Shown: in pieces, positions 1-12,442 of the stretch
Numbering within the stretch: the first letter of the stretch is position 1
Layout: each line of letters opens with the position of its first letter
Source: Euglena gracilis
Taxonomy: Eukaryota
DNA: 64,000 bases
Assembly: GCA_039621445.1 (NCBI GenBank)
Contig: CP154954.1
Coordinates: 37,123,703-37,187,702, forward strand
Direction: 5' to 3'
Program-made: the position numbers and the translations under genes
Notes under the pieces: model-generated
Told to the model about the DNA's origin: nothing
Seen by the model: only the letters and a program-made list of their open reading frames with translations
Databases searched by the model: none

Positions 1-43
1 CCTGGGGGGCCATTTAGAGTGACCAGGGGGTCAAAATAGTTTT

Positions 44-187
44 TTTGTGTTAATGATGGAGTTGGGTTAGGTGCGCGACTTAGGCTTAGGGTTAGGCCTA
101 ACTTATAGATGGGTGTTCGGTGTACAAGTTAGGCCTAACCCTAAGCCTAAGTCGCGCACCTAAACCTACTCCATCATTAACGAAAAA
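44..187. repeat. Palindromic core of a foldback MITE, with ~60-bp arms containing TTAGGG/CCCTAA
   Basis: Arm ttaatgatggagttgggttaggtgcgcgacttaggcttagggttaggcctaactt is mirrored by aagttaggcctaaccctaagcctaagtcgcgcacctaaacctactccatcattaa. The same core, with the loop in the opposite orientation, is at ~37488-37625. Confidence 0.85.
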
Positions 188-1421
188 GATGCCAGGGGGG
201 GGGGGCATTTAGAGTGACCAGGGGGGGCCATTTAGAATATGGCTGCCATCCAAATAACCCCCCCAAATAACACCCCCCCCCCTTGTGTTACTTGGGCACC
301 CTGGGTCCCCAGGGGGGGGGGAATTTGGGGGGGGGTGTTATTTTTTACATGGAAAACCAAAAGAAATTAGGGGGGTGATATTTGGGCGCTCGAAATCGGC
401 CCCGGAGAGGGGGGGGGTGTTATTCGGGGGGGGGGAGAAGCCTGAAATTATGAAGTGGAGACAAACACAAAAAACTTACAGAAACCTCCTCTATCTTTTG
501 TTGCGAAACTTCCAAAAGTCAAAAACCCTTCTGGAGTTTGACTGCGAAAACCACATGGGGGGGGTCGACCCCCCGCAGAGCAATGTAAAACTGCCAAATG
601 AGGGGAGGGGGCTTCAAGAATCCAATGCCAGGGAAAAATATTCTCACCTCTGTCCAACCCCCCACCCCGGAGGAGAAGAGGACAGAGGGGTGTGCAACCA
701 TCGGCCGACCCCTCCCCCAGGGGTCCACTCTTCCGAAAACCAGGCAGTCACCAAGAACCAGGCAGTTTGGAAATCCAGCCAGTCCCCCACCCCCCCGGGG
801 TCAGCTGCTCTGGAATCTGGAACGGGAAAAAAATGGCAGAAATATTTTGCGGCCGGGTCACCTTTGCGATGACTGCTTCTGGAGGGAGGTGGACAGGGAC
901 AAAACCCAGTCAGTGATCCCCCTGGATTGGTGAAGAAACTGCAAAGGCGGGGGTGAGGTGCGGGAGTCCCTTTTGTGAAATTTCGGCAATTTTTTGCCCA
1001 AAAAAGTTTTGGCTGATTTTTGGCCGCTTTTGGGTCCAAGGGTTTTCGGCCTTATGCTTTGCGCCAGGACGCTGTGTCTGTGACGGGAGGGGGGTCATAG
1101 CGGAGTCGCCTGAGCACAGGGGGGCAAATGATTGTGTGCACCCCTGGTATTTCTTTGATGGCCCACATTTTCCTGGCCACCGGGGCCTGCATGGCGATCC
1201 CGCTCGTGCTCCGCTGCCTTCTCGTCCGCTTCCTGCAGGAGCACGGCGGGGGCGACGTAGGCGGCGGGTGGCGGGACCTGTGGAGATTTGGATTGAGGTG
1301 ATGGCAGAGCACGAAGGCTTTCCCACACGCACGCTGAGAAGCACACAGCTGAACTGGTCCCGGAGGCTGGTCGCACTTTTTGACACCCCCAATCTGCCCC
1401 GAAAAAACACGCGCCCCCCAA

Positions 1422-1683
1422 CAGGCTTCTTTTTATGACCCCCGGGGGGAAGGGGGGTCCCCCAGGGTGGCGTGACCCCCCGGGTGGCGGGGACCCCTCC
1501 CCCAAAATCAAAAATCAGACGCGTTAAAGGCAATTGTCAACGTTTTTCGGCGCTTTGCGCCAAAAACGTACACCCGGCGCAGCGGCGCGGACCCCCCACC
1601 CCCCAGGGGGTCCGGCCCAGACCCACCCACCCACCCCCCTCCCCCGGGGGAGGGGGGGGTCAGGTGAATTAAAAAGAAGCCTG
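1422..1683. mobile_element. CAGG-terminal MITE (hAT-like) inserted into the first degenerate satellite-1 unit
   Basis: TIR caggcttcttttta / taaaaagaagcctg. Flanks cccccaa / ccccgaa are an imperfect duplication. Satellite sequence continues on both sides. Confidence 0.65.
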
Positions 1684-3287
1684 CCCCGAACCCCCACCCC
1701 GAATTATACTGAAAAACTGTCAAAAATCCCTATTGTAAGGTGTTTTACCGGTGACAATGGGGGTGGGGAACCCAGCCGACCTGGTCCCGGGGGCACGGTC
1801 GCACTTTTTGGCACCCCCCAATTCCCAAAAACTCACGCCCCCCCCCCCGCCCCGAATTATACTGAAAAATGGCCAAACTTACACAATTGCGGGGTGTTTT
1901 ACCAGCAGTGGTTCCGGTGACAGTGGGGTTTTTGGGGGCGGGGAACCCAGCCGACCTGCTCCCGGGGGCTGGTCGCACTTTTGGGCACCCCCCAATTTCC
2001 TGGCATTGAGGCAATCTGGCCCCAAAAAATCACGCCCCCCCCACCCCCCGGCCCCGCTCCGTATTACACTTAAAAATTACGGTGTTTTACCAGCAGTGGT
2101 TCCAGTGACAGTGGGGTTTTTGGGGGTGGGGAACCCAGCCAACCTGGTCCCGGGGGCTGGTCGCACTTTTTGGCACCCCCCAAATTCCTGGCATTGAGGC
2201 CATCTGGCCCCAAAAAATCACGCCCCCCCCCCCATCCTGTCCCCCGCCCCGAATTATACTGAAAAATGGCCAAACTTACACAATTGCGGGGTGTTTTACC
2301 CTCAGTGGTTCCGGTGACAGTGGGGTTTTTGGGGGCGGGGAACCCAGCCGACCTGGTCCCGGCTGGTCGCACTCTTTGGCACCCCCCAATTTCCTGGCAT
2401 TGAGGCAATCTGGCCCCAAAAAATCACGCCCCCCCCACCCCCCGCCCCCGCCCCGAATTACACTTAAAAATTACCAAAATTTCGCTATTGCGGGGGTGTT
2501 TTACCAGCGGTGTTTTGCCAGCAGTGGTTCCGGTGACAGTGGGGTTTTGGGGGGTGGGGAACCCAGCCGACCTGCTCCCGGGGGCTGGTCGCACTTTTGG
2601 GCACCCCCCAAATTCCTGGCATTGAAGCAATCTGGCCCCAAAAAATCACGCCCCCTTCCACCCCCTGCCCCCGCCCCGAATTACTGAAAAATGGCCAAAA
2701 TTTCGCTATTGCGGGGTGTTTTACCAGCAGTGGTTCCGGAGACAGTGGGGTTTTTGGGGGTGGGGAACCCAGCCGACCTGGTCCCGGGGGCTGGTCGCAC
2801 TTTTTGGCACCCCCCAATTTCGTGGCATTGAGGCAATCTGGCCCCGAAAAATCACGCCCCCCCCCCCGCCCTGAATTACACTTAAAAATAACCAAAATTT
2901 CGCTATTGCGGGGGTGTTTTACCAGCGGTGTTTTGCCGGCAGTGGTTCCGGTGACAGTGGGGTTTTTGGGGGCGGGGAACCCAGCCGACCTGCTCCCGGG
3001 GGCTGGTCGCACTTTTGGGCACCCCCCAATTTCCTGGCATTGAGGCAATCTGGCCCCAAAAAATCACGCCCCCCCCCACCCCCCACCCCCCACCCCCCAC
3101 CCCCGCTCCGTATTACACTTAAAAATTACCAAAATTTCGCTATTGCGGGGTGTTTTACCAGCAGTGGTTCCAGTGACAGTGGGGTTTTTGGGGGTGGGGA
3201 ACCCAGCCGACCTGGTCCCGGGGGCTGGTCGCACTTTTTGGCACCCCCCAAATTCCTGGCATTGAGGCAATCTGGCCCCAAAAAATC

Positions 3288-4162
3288 GGTACTTGTCTGT
3301 TAGTCGATCCACGGCAGTGCATCAAGTCTGTTAGTCGATCCACACCTATTTTTTTTGCCTACTTTGGGTCACTGATGGACAGGGAAAGCACAAAAAAGGG
3401 TCAGAAGATACGGCTGTTGTGTCGGCACAGGGTCTAGAGAGTGGGTGGGTTTAGGTGGGTCAGGGTCAGGGTTAGGGTTAGGGCTGGGGCTAGGTTAGGG
3501 CTTCGTGACCCTAACCCTAACCCTATCCTGAACCGTATTTTTGGCCTATTTTCGGTCACTGATGGACAGGGAAAGCACAAAAAAAGGGTCAGAAGATACG
3601 GCTGGTGTTGGCACAGGGTCTAGATAGTTAGGGTTCGGTTCAGGGCTAGCATCAGGGTTAGAGTTAGGGGTCAGCGTTAGGTTTAAGGTTAGGGCCAGGG
3701 CTAGGTTAGGGCTACGTGGCCCTAACCCTGACCCTAACCCTAACCCTAACCCTATTTTTGGTCTACTTTGGGTCACTGATGGACAGGGAAAGCACAAAAC
3801 AGGGTCAGAATACACGGCTGTTGTGTCGGCACAGTGTCTAGAGAGTCAGAAGATACGGCTGGTGTTGGCACAGTGTCTAGAGAGTAAGCGTTAGGGTCAG
3901 GGTTGAGGATTAGGGTTAGGTTTTTGGGTTTGGGTTGGTTAGGGTTACCTAAACCTTAACCCCCCCTAAACCCCCTCCCCAGAACCCCCTAAACCCTAAC
4001 CCTGACTCTCTATAACCTGTGCCGACACCAGCCGTATCTTCTGACCCTGTTTTGTGCTTTCCCTGTCCATCAATGACCCAAAGTACATCAGTGACCCAAA
4101 GTAGGCCAAAAATAGGTGTGGATCGACCTGTTTTGCCGTGGATCGACTAACAGACAAGTACC
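3288..4162. mobile_element. 875-bp non-autonomous TIR element carrying telomere-like repeats, inserted in satellite 1
   Basis: TIR ggtacttgtctgttagtcgatccacggca / tgccgtggatcgactaacagacaagtacc. Exact 8-bp TSD aaaaaatc at 3280-3287 and 4163-4170. An internal ~100-bp module occurs three times forward and once inverted, separated by degenerate TTAGGG...CCCTAA tracts. Confidence 0.92.
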
Positions 4163-4769
4163 AAAAAATCACGCCCCCCCACCCCCCGCCCCCGCCCCGA
4201 ATTACACTTAAAAATTACCAAAATTTCACTATTGCGGGGTGTTTTGCCAGCAGTGGTTCCGGTGACAGTGGGGTTTTTGGGGGCGCAGAACCCATGCCGA
4301 CCTGGTCCCGGGGGCCTGGTCGCACTTTTTGGCACCCCCCAAATTCCTGGCATTGAGGCAATCTGGCCCCAAAAAATCACGCCCCCCCACCCCCCGCCCC
4401 CGCCCCGAATTACACTTAAAAATGGCCAAAATTTCGCTATTGCGGGGTGTTTTACCAGCAGTGGTTCCGGTGACAGTGGGGTTTTTGGGGGCGGGGAACC
4501 CAGCCGACCTGCTCCCGGGGGCCTGGTCGCACTTTTTGGCACCCCCCAAATTCCTGGCATTGAGGCAATCTGGCCCCAAAAAATCACGCCCCCCCCACCC
4601 CCCGCCCCCGCCCCGAATTACACTTAAAAATTACCAAAATTTCGCTATTGCGGGGTGTTTTACCAGCAGTGGTTCCGGTGACAGTGGGGTGGGGAACCCA
4701 GCTGACCTGGTCCCGGGGGCTGGTCGCACTTTTTGGCACCCCCCAAATTACTGGCATTGAGGCAATCTG

Positions 4770-4800
<31 letters not shown>

Positions 4801-6446
4801 AATTACACTTGAAAATTACCAAAATTTCGCCATTGGGGGTGTTTTACCAGCAGTGGTTCCGGTGACAGTGGGGTTTTTGGGGGTGGGGAACCCAGCCGAC
4901 CTGGTCCCGGGGGCTGGTCGCACTTTTTGGCACCCCCCAAATTCCTGGCATTGAGGCAATCTGGCCCCAAAAAATCACGCCCCCCCCCCCCCCCCGCCCC
5001 CGCCCCGAATTACACTTAAAAATTACCAAAATTTCGCTATTGCGGGGTGTTTTACCAGCAGTGGTTCCGGTGACAGTGGGGTTTTTGGGGGCGGGGAACC
5101 CAGCTGACCTGGTCCCGGGGGCCTGGTCGCACTTTTTGGCACCCCCCAATTTCCTGGCATTGAGGCAATCTGGCCCCAAAAAATCGCGCCCCCCCCCACC
5201 CCCCGCCCCCGCTCCGTATTACACTTAAAAATTACCAAAATTTCGCTATTGCGGGGTGTTTTACCAGCAGTGGTTCCGGTGACAGTGGGGTTTTTGGGGG
5301 TGGGGAACCCAGCCGACCTGGTCCCGGGGGCTGGTCGCACTTTTTGGCACCCCCCAAATTCCTGGCATTGAGGCAATCTGGCCCCAAAAAATCACGCCCC
5401 CCCCCCCCCGCCCCGAATTATACTGAAAAATGGCCAAACTTACACAATTGCGGGGTGTTTTACCCTCAGTGGTTCCGGTGACAGTGGGGTTTTTGGGGGC
5501 GGGGAACCCAGCCGACCTGGTCCCGGGGGCTGGTCGCACTTTTTGGCACCCCCCAATTTCCTGGCATTGAGGCAATCTGGCCCCGAAAAATCACGCCCCC
5601 CCCCCGCCCCGAATTATACTGAAAAATGGCCAAACTTACACAATTGCGGGGTGTTTTACCAGCAGTGGTTCCGGTGACAGTGGGGTTTTTGGGGGTGGGG
5701 AACCCAGCCGACCTGGTCCCGGGGGCTGGTCGCACTTTTTGGCACCCCCCAAATTCCTGGCATTGAGGCAATCTGGCCCCAAAAAATCACGCCCCCCCCC
5801 ACCCCCCGCCCCCGCCCCGAATTACACTTAAAAATAACCAAAATTTCGCTATTGCGGGGTGTTTTACCAGCGGTGTTTTGCCAGCAGTGGTTCCGGTGAC
5901 AGTGGGGTTTTTGGGGGTGGGGAACCCAGCCGACCTGCTCCCGGGGGCTGGTCGCACTTTTTGGCACCCCCCAAATTCCTGGCATTGAGGCAATCTGGCC
6001 CCAAAAAATCACGCCCCCCCCCCACCCCCCGCCCCCGCCCCGAATTATACTGAAAAATGGCGAAAATTTCGCTATTGTGGGGTGTTTTACCAGCAGTGGT
6101 TCCGGTGACAGTGGGGTTTTTGGGGGTGGGGAGCCCAGCCGACCTGGTCCCGGGGGCTGGTCGCACTTTTTGGCACCCCCCAATTTCCTGGCATTGAGGC
6201 AATCTGGCCCCCAAAAATCACGACCCCCCCCCATCCTGTCCCCCGCCCCGAATTACACTTAAAAATAACCAAAATTTCGCTATTGCGGGGTGTTTTAACA
6301 GCGGTGTTTTGCCAGCAGTGGTTCCGGTGACAGTGGGGTTTTTGGGGGCGGGGAACCCAGCCGACCTGGTCCCGGGGGCTGGTCGCACTTTTGGGCACCC
6401 CCCAAATTCCTGGCATTGAGGCAATCTGGCCCCAAAAAATCACGCC

Positions 6447-6803
6447 TGCACGTTTGCGCTACAGGGAGTTGAGGGAGGACGACCCTCTGGCCACTTGCGC
6501 TCATCAATTGCCCACGTTGCGCTACACGGCCATGAAGCGCAACGTTGCCATGTAGCGCAACGTGGCCATTAGCGCACCTAACCCACTCCTTCAATAACCC
6601 ATAATAGCGCTATGGCCTGTTTTCGCTACACACGGCCATGTAGCTTCAATCTTGTCCGTGTAGCGCACATGTGCCATGTAGCGCACTGCAGCATGAGCTC
6701 ACCTACCCTACTTCTCCTTCAATAACCTCCATATAGCCCGAAAAAGTGTGTGCGTCAACCATAACGAAAGGGGGGTGTCGTCGTACGATAACAGATAAGT
6801 ACC
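6447..6803. other. Non-satellite insert, possibly low-quality sequence, ending in a degenerate copy of the 3288 element terminus
   Basis: Repeated gcgctacac/gtagcgc motifs. It ends taacagataagtacc (compare taacagacaagtacc). The next satellite unit is unusually mismatched. Confidence 0.4.
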
Positions 6804-9800
6804 TAAAAATTACCAAAATTTCGCTATTGCAGCGTGATTTACAAGTAGTGGTTCAAGTGAAAGTGCGGGTTTTGGGGGGGAGGAATACAGACGAACTGGT
6901 CTCGGTGGCTGGTCGCACTTTTTGGCCCCCCCCAAATTCCTGGCATTGAGGCAATCTGGCCCCAAAAAATCACGCCCCCCCCACCCCCCGCCCCCGCCCC
7001 GAATTACACTTAAAAACTACCAAAATTTCGCTTTTGCGGGGTGTTTTACCAGCAGTAGTTCCGGTGACAGTGGGGTTTTTGGCGGTGGGGAACCCAGCCG
7101 ACCTGGTCCCGGGGGCCTGGTCGCACTTTTTGGCACCCCCCAATTTCCTGGCATTGAGGCAATCTGGCCCCAAAAAATCGCGCCCCCCCCCACCCCCACC
7201 CCCCGCCCCCGCCCCGAATTACACTTAAAAATTACCAAAATTTCGCTATTGCGGGGTGTTTTAACAGCAGTGGTTCCGGTGACAGTGGGGTTTTTGGGGG
7301 CGGGGAACCCAGCCGACCTGGTCCCGGGGGCTGGTCGCACTTTTTGGCACCCCCCAATTTCCTGGCATTGAGGCAATCTGGCCCCAAAAAATCACGCCCC
7401 CCCCACCCCCCGCCCCCGCCCCGAATTACACTTAAAAATTACCAAAATTTCGCTTTTGCGGGGTGTTTTACCAGCAGTGGTTCCGGTGACAGTGGGGTTT
7501 TTGGCGGTGGGGAACCCAGCCGACCTGGTCCCGGGGGCTGGTCGCACTTTTTGGCACCCCCCAAATTCCTGGCATTGAGGCAATCTGGCCCCCCCCCCCC
7601 CCCCCCCCCGCCCCGAATTGCACTTAAAAATTACCAAAATTTCGCTATTGCGGGGTGTTTTAACAGCAGTGGTTCCGGTGACAGTGGGGTTTTTGGGGGT
7701 GGGGAACCCAGCCGACCTGGTCCCGGGGGCTGGTCGCACTTTTTGGCACCCCCCAAATTCCTGGCATTGAGGCAATCTGGCCCCAAAAAATCACGCCCCC
7801 CCCCCACCCCCCGCCCCCGCCCCGAATTACACTTAAAAATGGCCAAATTTTCGCTTTTGCGGGGTGTTTTAACAGCAGTGGTTCCGGTGACAGTGGGGTT
7901 TTTGGGGGTGGGGAACCCAGCCGACCTGGTCCCGGGGGCTGGTCGCACTTTTTGGCACCCCCCAAATTCCTGCCATTGAGGCAATCTGGCCCCAAAAAAT
8001 CACGCCCCCCCACCCCCCGCCCCCGAATTACACTTAAAAATGGCCAAAATTTCGCTATTGCGGGGTGTTTTAACAGCAGTGGTTCCGGTGACAGTGGGGT
8101 TTTTGGGGGTGGGGAACCCAGCCGACCTGGTCCCGGGGGCTGGTCGCACTTTTTGGCACCCCCCAAATTCCTGCCATTGAGGCAATCTGGCCCCAAAAAA
8201 TCACCCCCCCCCCCCACCCCCCGCCCCCGCCCCGAATTACACTTAAAAATTACCAAAATTTCGCTATTGCGGGGTGTTTTAACAGCAGTGGTTCCGGTGA
8301 CAGTGGGGTTTTTGGCGGTGGGGAACCCAGCCGACCTGGTCCCGGGGGCCTGGTCGCACTTTTTGGCACCCCCCAAATTCCTGCCATTGAGGCAATCTGG
8401 CCCCAAAAAATCACGCCCCCCCCCCCCCCCGCCCCCGCCCCGAATTACACTTAAAAATTACCAAAATTTCGCTATTGCGGGGTGTTTTAACAGCAGTGGT
8501 TCCGGTGACAGTGGGGTTTTTGGGGGCGGGGAACCCAGCTGACCTGGTCCCGGGGGCCTGGTCGCACTTTTTGGCACCCCCCAAATTCCTGCCATTGAGG
8601 CAATCTGGCCCCAAAAAATCACGCCCCCCCCCACCCCCCGCCCCCGCCCCGAATTACACTTAAAAATTACCAAAATTTCGCTATTGCGGGGTGTTTTAAC
8701 AGCAGTGGTTCCGGTGACAGTGGGGTTTTTGGCGGTGGGGAACCCAGCCGACCTGGTCCCGGGGGCTGGTCGCACTTTTTGGCACCCCCCAAATTCCTGC
8801 CATTGAGGCAATCTGGCCCCAAAAAAATCACCCCCCCCCCCCCCCCGCCCCGAATTGCACTTAAAAATTACCAAAATTTCGCTATTGCGGGGTGTTTTAA
8901 CAGCAGTGGTTCCGGTGACAGTGGGGTTTTTGGGGGTGGGGAAACCCAGCCGACCTGGTCCCGGGGGCCTGGTCGCACTTTTTGGCACCCCCCAAATTCC
9001 TGGCATTGAGGCAATCTGGCCCCAAAAAATCACGCCCCCCCCACCCCCCGCCCCCGCCCCGAATTACACTTAAAAATGGCCAAAATTTCGCTATTGCGGG
9101 GTGTTTTAACAGCAGTGGTTCCGGTGACAGTGGGGTTTTTGGGGGTGGGGAACCCAGCCGACCTGGTCCCGGGGGCTGGTCGCACTTTTTGGCACCCCCC
9201 AAATTCCTGCCATTGAGGCAATCTGGCCCCAAAAAATCACGCCCCCCCACCCCCCGCCCCCGAATTACACTTAAAAATGGCCAAAATTTCGCTATTGCGG
9301 GGTGTTTTAACAGCAGTGGTTCCGGTGACAGTGGGGTTTTTGGGGGCGGGGAACCCAGCCGACCTGGTCCCGGGGGCTGGTCGCACTTTTTGGCACCCCC
9401 CAAATTCCTGCCATTGAGGCAATCTGGCCCCAAAAAAATCACGCCCCCCCCACCCCCCGCCCCCGCCCCGAATTACACTTAAAAATTACCAAAATTTCGC
9501 TATTGCGGGGTGTTTTAACAGCAGTGGTTCGAGTGAGAGTGGGGGTTTTTGGGGGGGGGTAGCCCTCCGACCTGGTCCCGGGGCTGGTCGCACTTTTTGG
9601 CACCCCCCAAACTACTGGCATTGAGGCAATCTGGCCTCAAAAAATCACGCCCCCCCCCCACCCCCCGCCCCCGCCCCGAATTACACTTAAAAATTACCAA
9701 AATTTCGCTTTTGCGGGGTGTTTTACCAGCAGTGGTTCCGGTGACAGTGGGGTTTTTGGCGGTGGGGAACCCAGCCGACCTGGTCCCGGGGGCTGGTCGC

Positions 9801-10880
9801 ACTTTTTGGCACCCCCCAAATTCCTGCCATTGAGGCAATCTGGCCCCAAAAAATCACGCCCCCCCCCCACCCCCCCCCCCGCCCCGAAATACACTTAAAA
9901 ATTACCAAAATTTCGCTATTGCGGGGTGTTTTAACAGCAGTGGTTCCGGTGCGGGTGGGGTTATTGGCGGAGTGGAGTCCCGCTGACCTGGTCCCGGGGG
10001 CTGGTCGCACTTTTTGGCACCCCCCAAATTCCTGCCATTGAGGCAATCTGGCCCCAAAAAATCACGCCCCCCCCACCCCCCGCCCCCGCCCCGAATTACA
10101 CTTAAAAATGGCCAAAATTTCGCTTTTGCGGGGTGTTTTAACAGCAGTGGTTCCGGTGACAGTGGGGTTTTTGGGGGTGGGGAACCCAGCCGACCTGGTC
10201 CCGGGGGCTGGTCGCACTTTTTGGCACCCCCCAAATTCCTGGCATTGAGGCAATCTGGCCCCAAAAAATCACGCCCCCCCACCCCCGCCCCGAATTACAC
10301 TTAAAAATTACCAAAATTTCGCTATTGCGGGGTGTTTTACCAGCAGTGGTTCCGGTGACAGTGGGGTTTTTGGGGGTGGGGAACCCAGCCGACCTGGTCC
10401 CGGGGGCTGGTCGCACTTTTTGGCACCCCCCAAATTCCTGGCATTGAGGCAATCTGGCCCCAAAAAATCACGCCCCCCCCCCCCCACCCCCCGCCCCCGC
10501 CCCAAATTACACTGAAAAATGGCCAAAATTTTGCTATTGCGGGGTGTTTTACCAGCAGTGGTTCCGGTGACAGTGGGGTTTTTGGCGGTGGGGAACCCAG
10601 CCGACCTGGTCCCGGGGGCTGGTCGCACTTTTTGGCACCCCCCAATTTGCTGGCATTGAGGCAATCTGTCCCTGAAAAATCACGCCTCCCCCCATGCTGT
10701 CCCCCGCCCCGAATTATTCCAAAAAAATAATTGCCAAAGTTTCGCTACTGCAGGGTGTTCACCAGCACTGGCTCCGGTGACAGTGGTGTCGCCCGTATCG
10801 GATCACTCTGCACCGACTGGCATCACTCGGATCACACTGCAGCGACTGACCATTATGTGTGGAATGTAAACAAGACATAC

Positions 10881-11170
10881 CTGGAAGGCGAGGAAGAGGA
10901 GCATGACGGCGACGATGGCCACAGCCCAGGTGGTGGCGGTTGCCGTTGCAGTCGTGGTGGGGGTGGGAGTGTTGTTGGTGGGCTTGGGGATGGGCGCGGG
11001 CATTGGGGCCGGGGGCGTCGGAGGTTTGGGGCGGAACGTGGGGGCGGCGGCATCGATGGTGCTGGGGGCTGCTGGGGCAGGTGGCGGAGTGTAGTTGTAG
11101 AAGTAGTTGAGTGGAGTGTAGTTGTAGAGGAAGAGGTTGGTTGATGGCGGCGGGGTGGGGCGAGGGTTGG
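10881..11170 (-). pseudogene. Possible exon remnant: Thr/Pro-rich stalk plus a hydrophobic helix
   Basis: Minus strand reads PAPIPKPTNNTPTPTTTATATATTWAVAIVAVMLLFLAFQ followed by a donor-like CAG|GTATGT. The upstream S/T-rich sequence is in another frame. Confidence 0.3.
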
Positions 11171-12200
11171 TTGTTGTGCAGAAAAATGGGGACGTTGCAC
11201 ATAACTATATATCATTGATCTGTCATTTGTTACCCATTGGCTGTTGAGGGTTTCCGCACAGCCCCGGGACTTCTGCTCGGTCGAGAAAGTCCAAAATGGA
11301 TACATCTTCGGCAAACCTTCAAAAAAAAACCTGGCAGCAGGTGGGCACATTTGGCCATTTTGGCGGGCAACCCCTTGCAAAACGATAATTTCTGAAGGGA
11401 AAAAAACATGTCAGGTGCACCAGGGGAACAAACCCTGAACAGGCCGCAGGGCTGGGAGGGCTGGCGGGATGGGTGCCGGGAGGGCCAGCAGCACACCATT
11501 GCTCAGTGACCCCGGGGGGGGGGGGAAGGGGGTTGCTTTCCACTCCAAAAAAAAAACCAGTCAGTCACTACTTCCGGAAAAACCAGTCAGTCACTTTTTC
11601 ATTGTATGTGTACAGACGTATACATACATATACATATTTATATTAAAAAAACATATTATATATACATACAAAAATCCAAAAAAAATTCCTGCAACTTCGG
11701 CGTCAGGCCAGCCACCATTTCATTATTGGGCATACCCCCCCCCCCCGGTTGGGGTACGACAGGTGTTGAGCAATGGTGTGGCCAGCAGGATGGGCCCGCA
11801 GGCCCGCAGGGTGGGTGCTGGGAGGGCCAGCAGGATGGGCCGGGGGGCCGGCAGGATGGGCGCTGGGAGGGCCAGCACCAACCCATTGCTCAGGGCCCCC
11901 GGGGGGGGGGGGGAGGGGGTTGCTTTCCACTCCAAAAAAACCAGTCAGTCCCCCCCCCCCGGAGGGATTGGCCACTCTTCAGGAGGCAATGAGCATTTGC
12001 CAAAAAATCTCGAAAAATCCACTTTTTCATTTTCGGGCCCACCCCACCCCTTGGGGGGGGGGGGCAAAAAACCAGTCAGTCACTCTGAAGAAACCAGTTG
12101 GTCACCACCCCCCCCCGGCCCCCCGGTTGGGGTAGGACCGGCGTTGAGCAATGGTGTGGCCAGCGGGGTGGGCGCTGGGAGGGCCAACACGGTGGGGGCC

Positions 12201-12422
12201 GGGAGGGCCAGGGCGGGGGCCGGGAGGGCCAGGGCGGGGGCCGGGAGGGCCAGGGCGGGGGCCGGGAGGGCCAGGGCGGGGGCCGGGAGGGCCAGGGCGG
12301 GGGCCGGGAGGGCCAGGGCGGGGGCCGGGAGGGCCAGGGCGGGGGCCGGGAGGGCCAGGGCGGGGGCCGGGAGGGCCAGGGCGGGGGCCGGGAGGGCCAG
12401 GGCGGGGGCCGGGAGGGCCAGG
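12201..12422 (+). repeat. 21-bp G-rich minisatellite (gggagggccagggcgggggcc), ~10 copies
   Basis: Direct tandem copies. Degenerate versions occur at ~11455-11490 and ~11780-11880. Confidence 0.95.
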
Positions 12423-12442
12423 ATGGGGGCCACCAGGAGAAT

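Larger units (their letters stand above)
1684..10790 (+). repeat. Satellite 1: ~208-bp tandem unit, roughly 38 copies, interrupted twice
   Basis: Unit gaattacacttaaaaattaccaaaatttcgctattgcgggg...ggtcgcactttttggcaccccccaaattcctggcattgaggcaatctggccccaaaaaatcacg recurs, e.g. at 4199, 4407 and 4615. Length variation lies mainly in the poly-C tract. Confidence 0.97.

Noticed and set aside
285-933. 195-aa and 111-aa ORFs
   Set aside because: The 195-aa ORF starts at a non-ATG codon inside MITE-like sequence, and neither ORF shows a recognisable motif.
3460-4005. True telomere or chromosome-fusion site
   Set aside because: The repeats are short, degenerate and lie inside a TIR element with a TSD.
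1684-10790. Dozens of ORFs in satellite 1
   Set aside because: They are translations of a tandem repeat whose frames shift with poly-C length, and show no protein motif.
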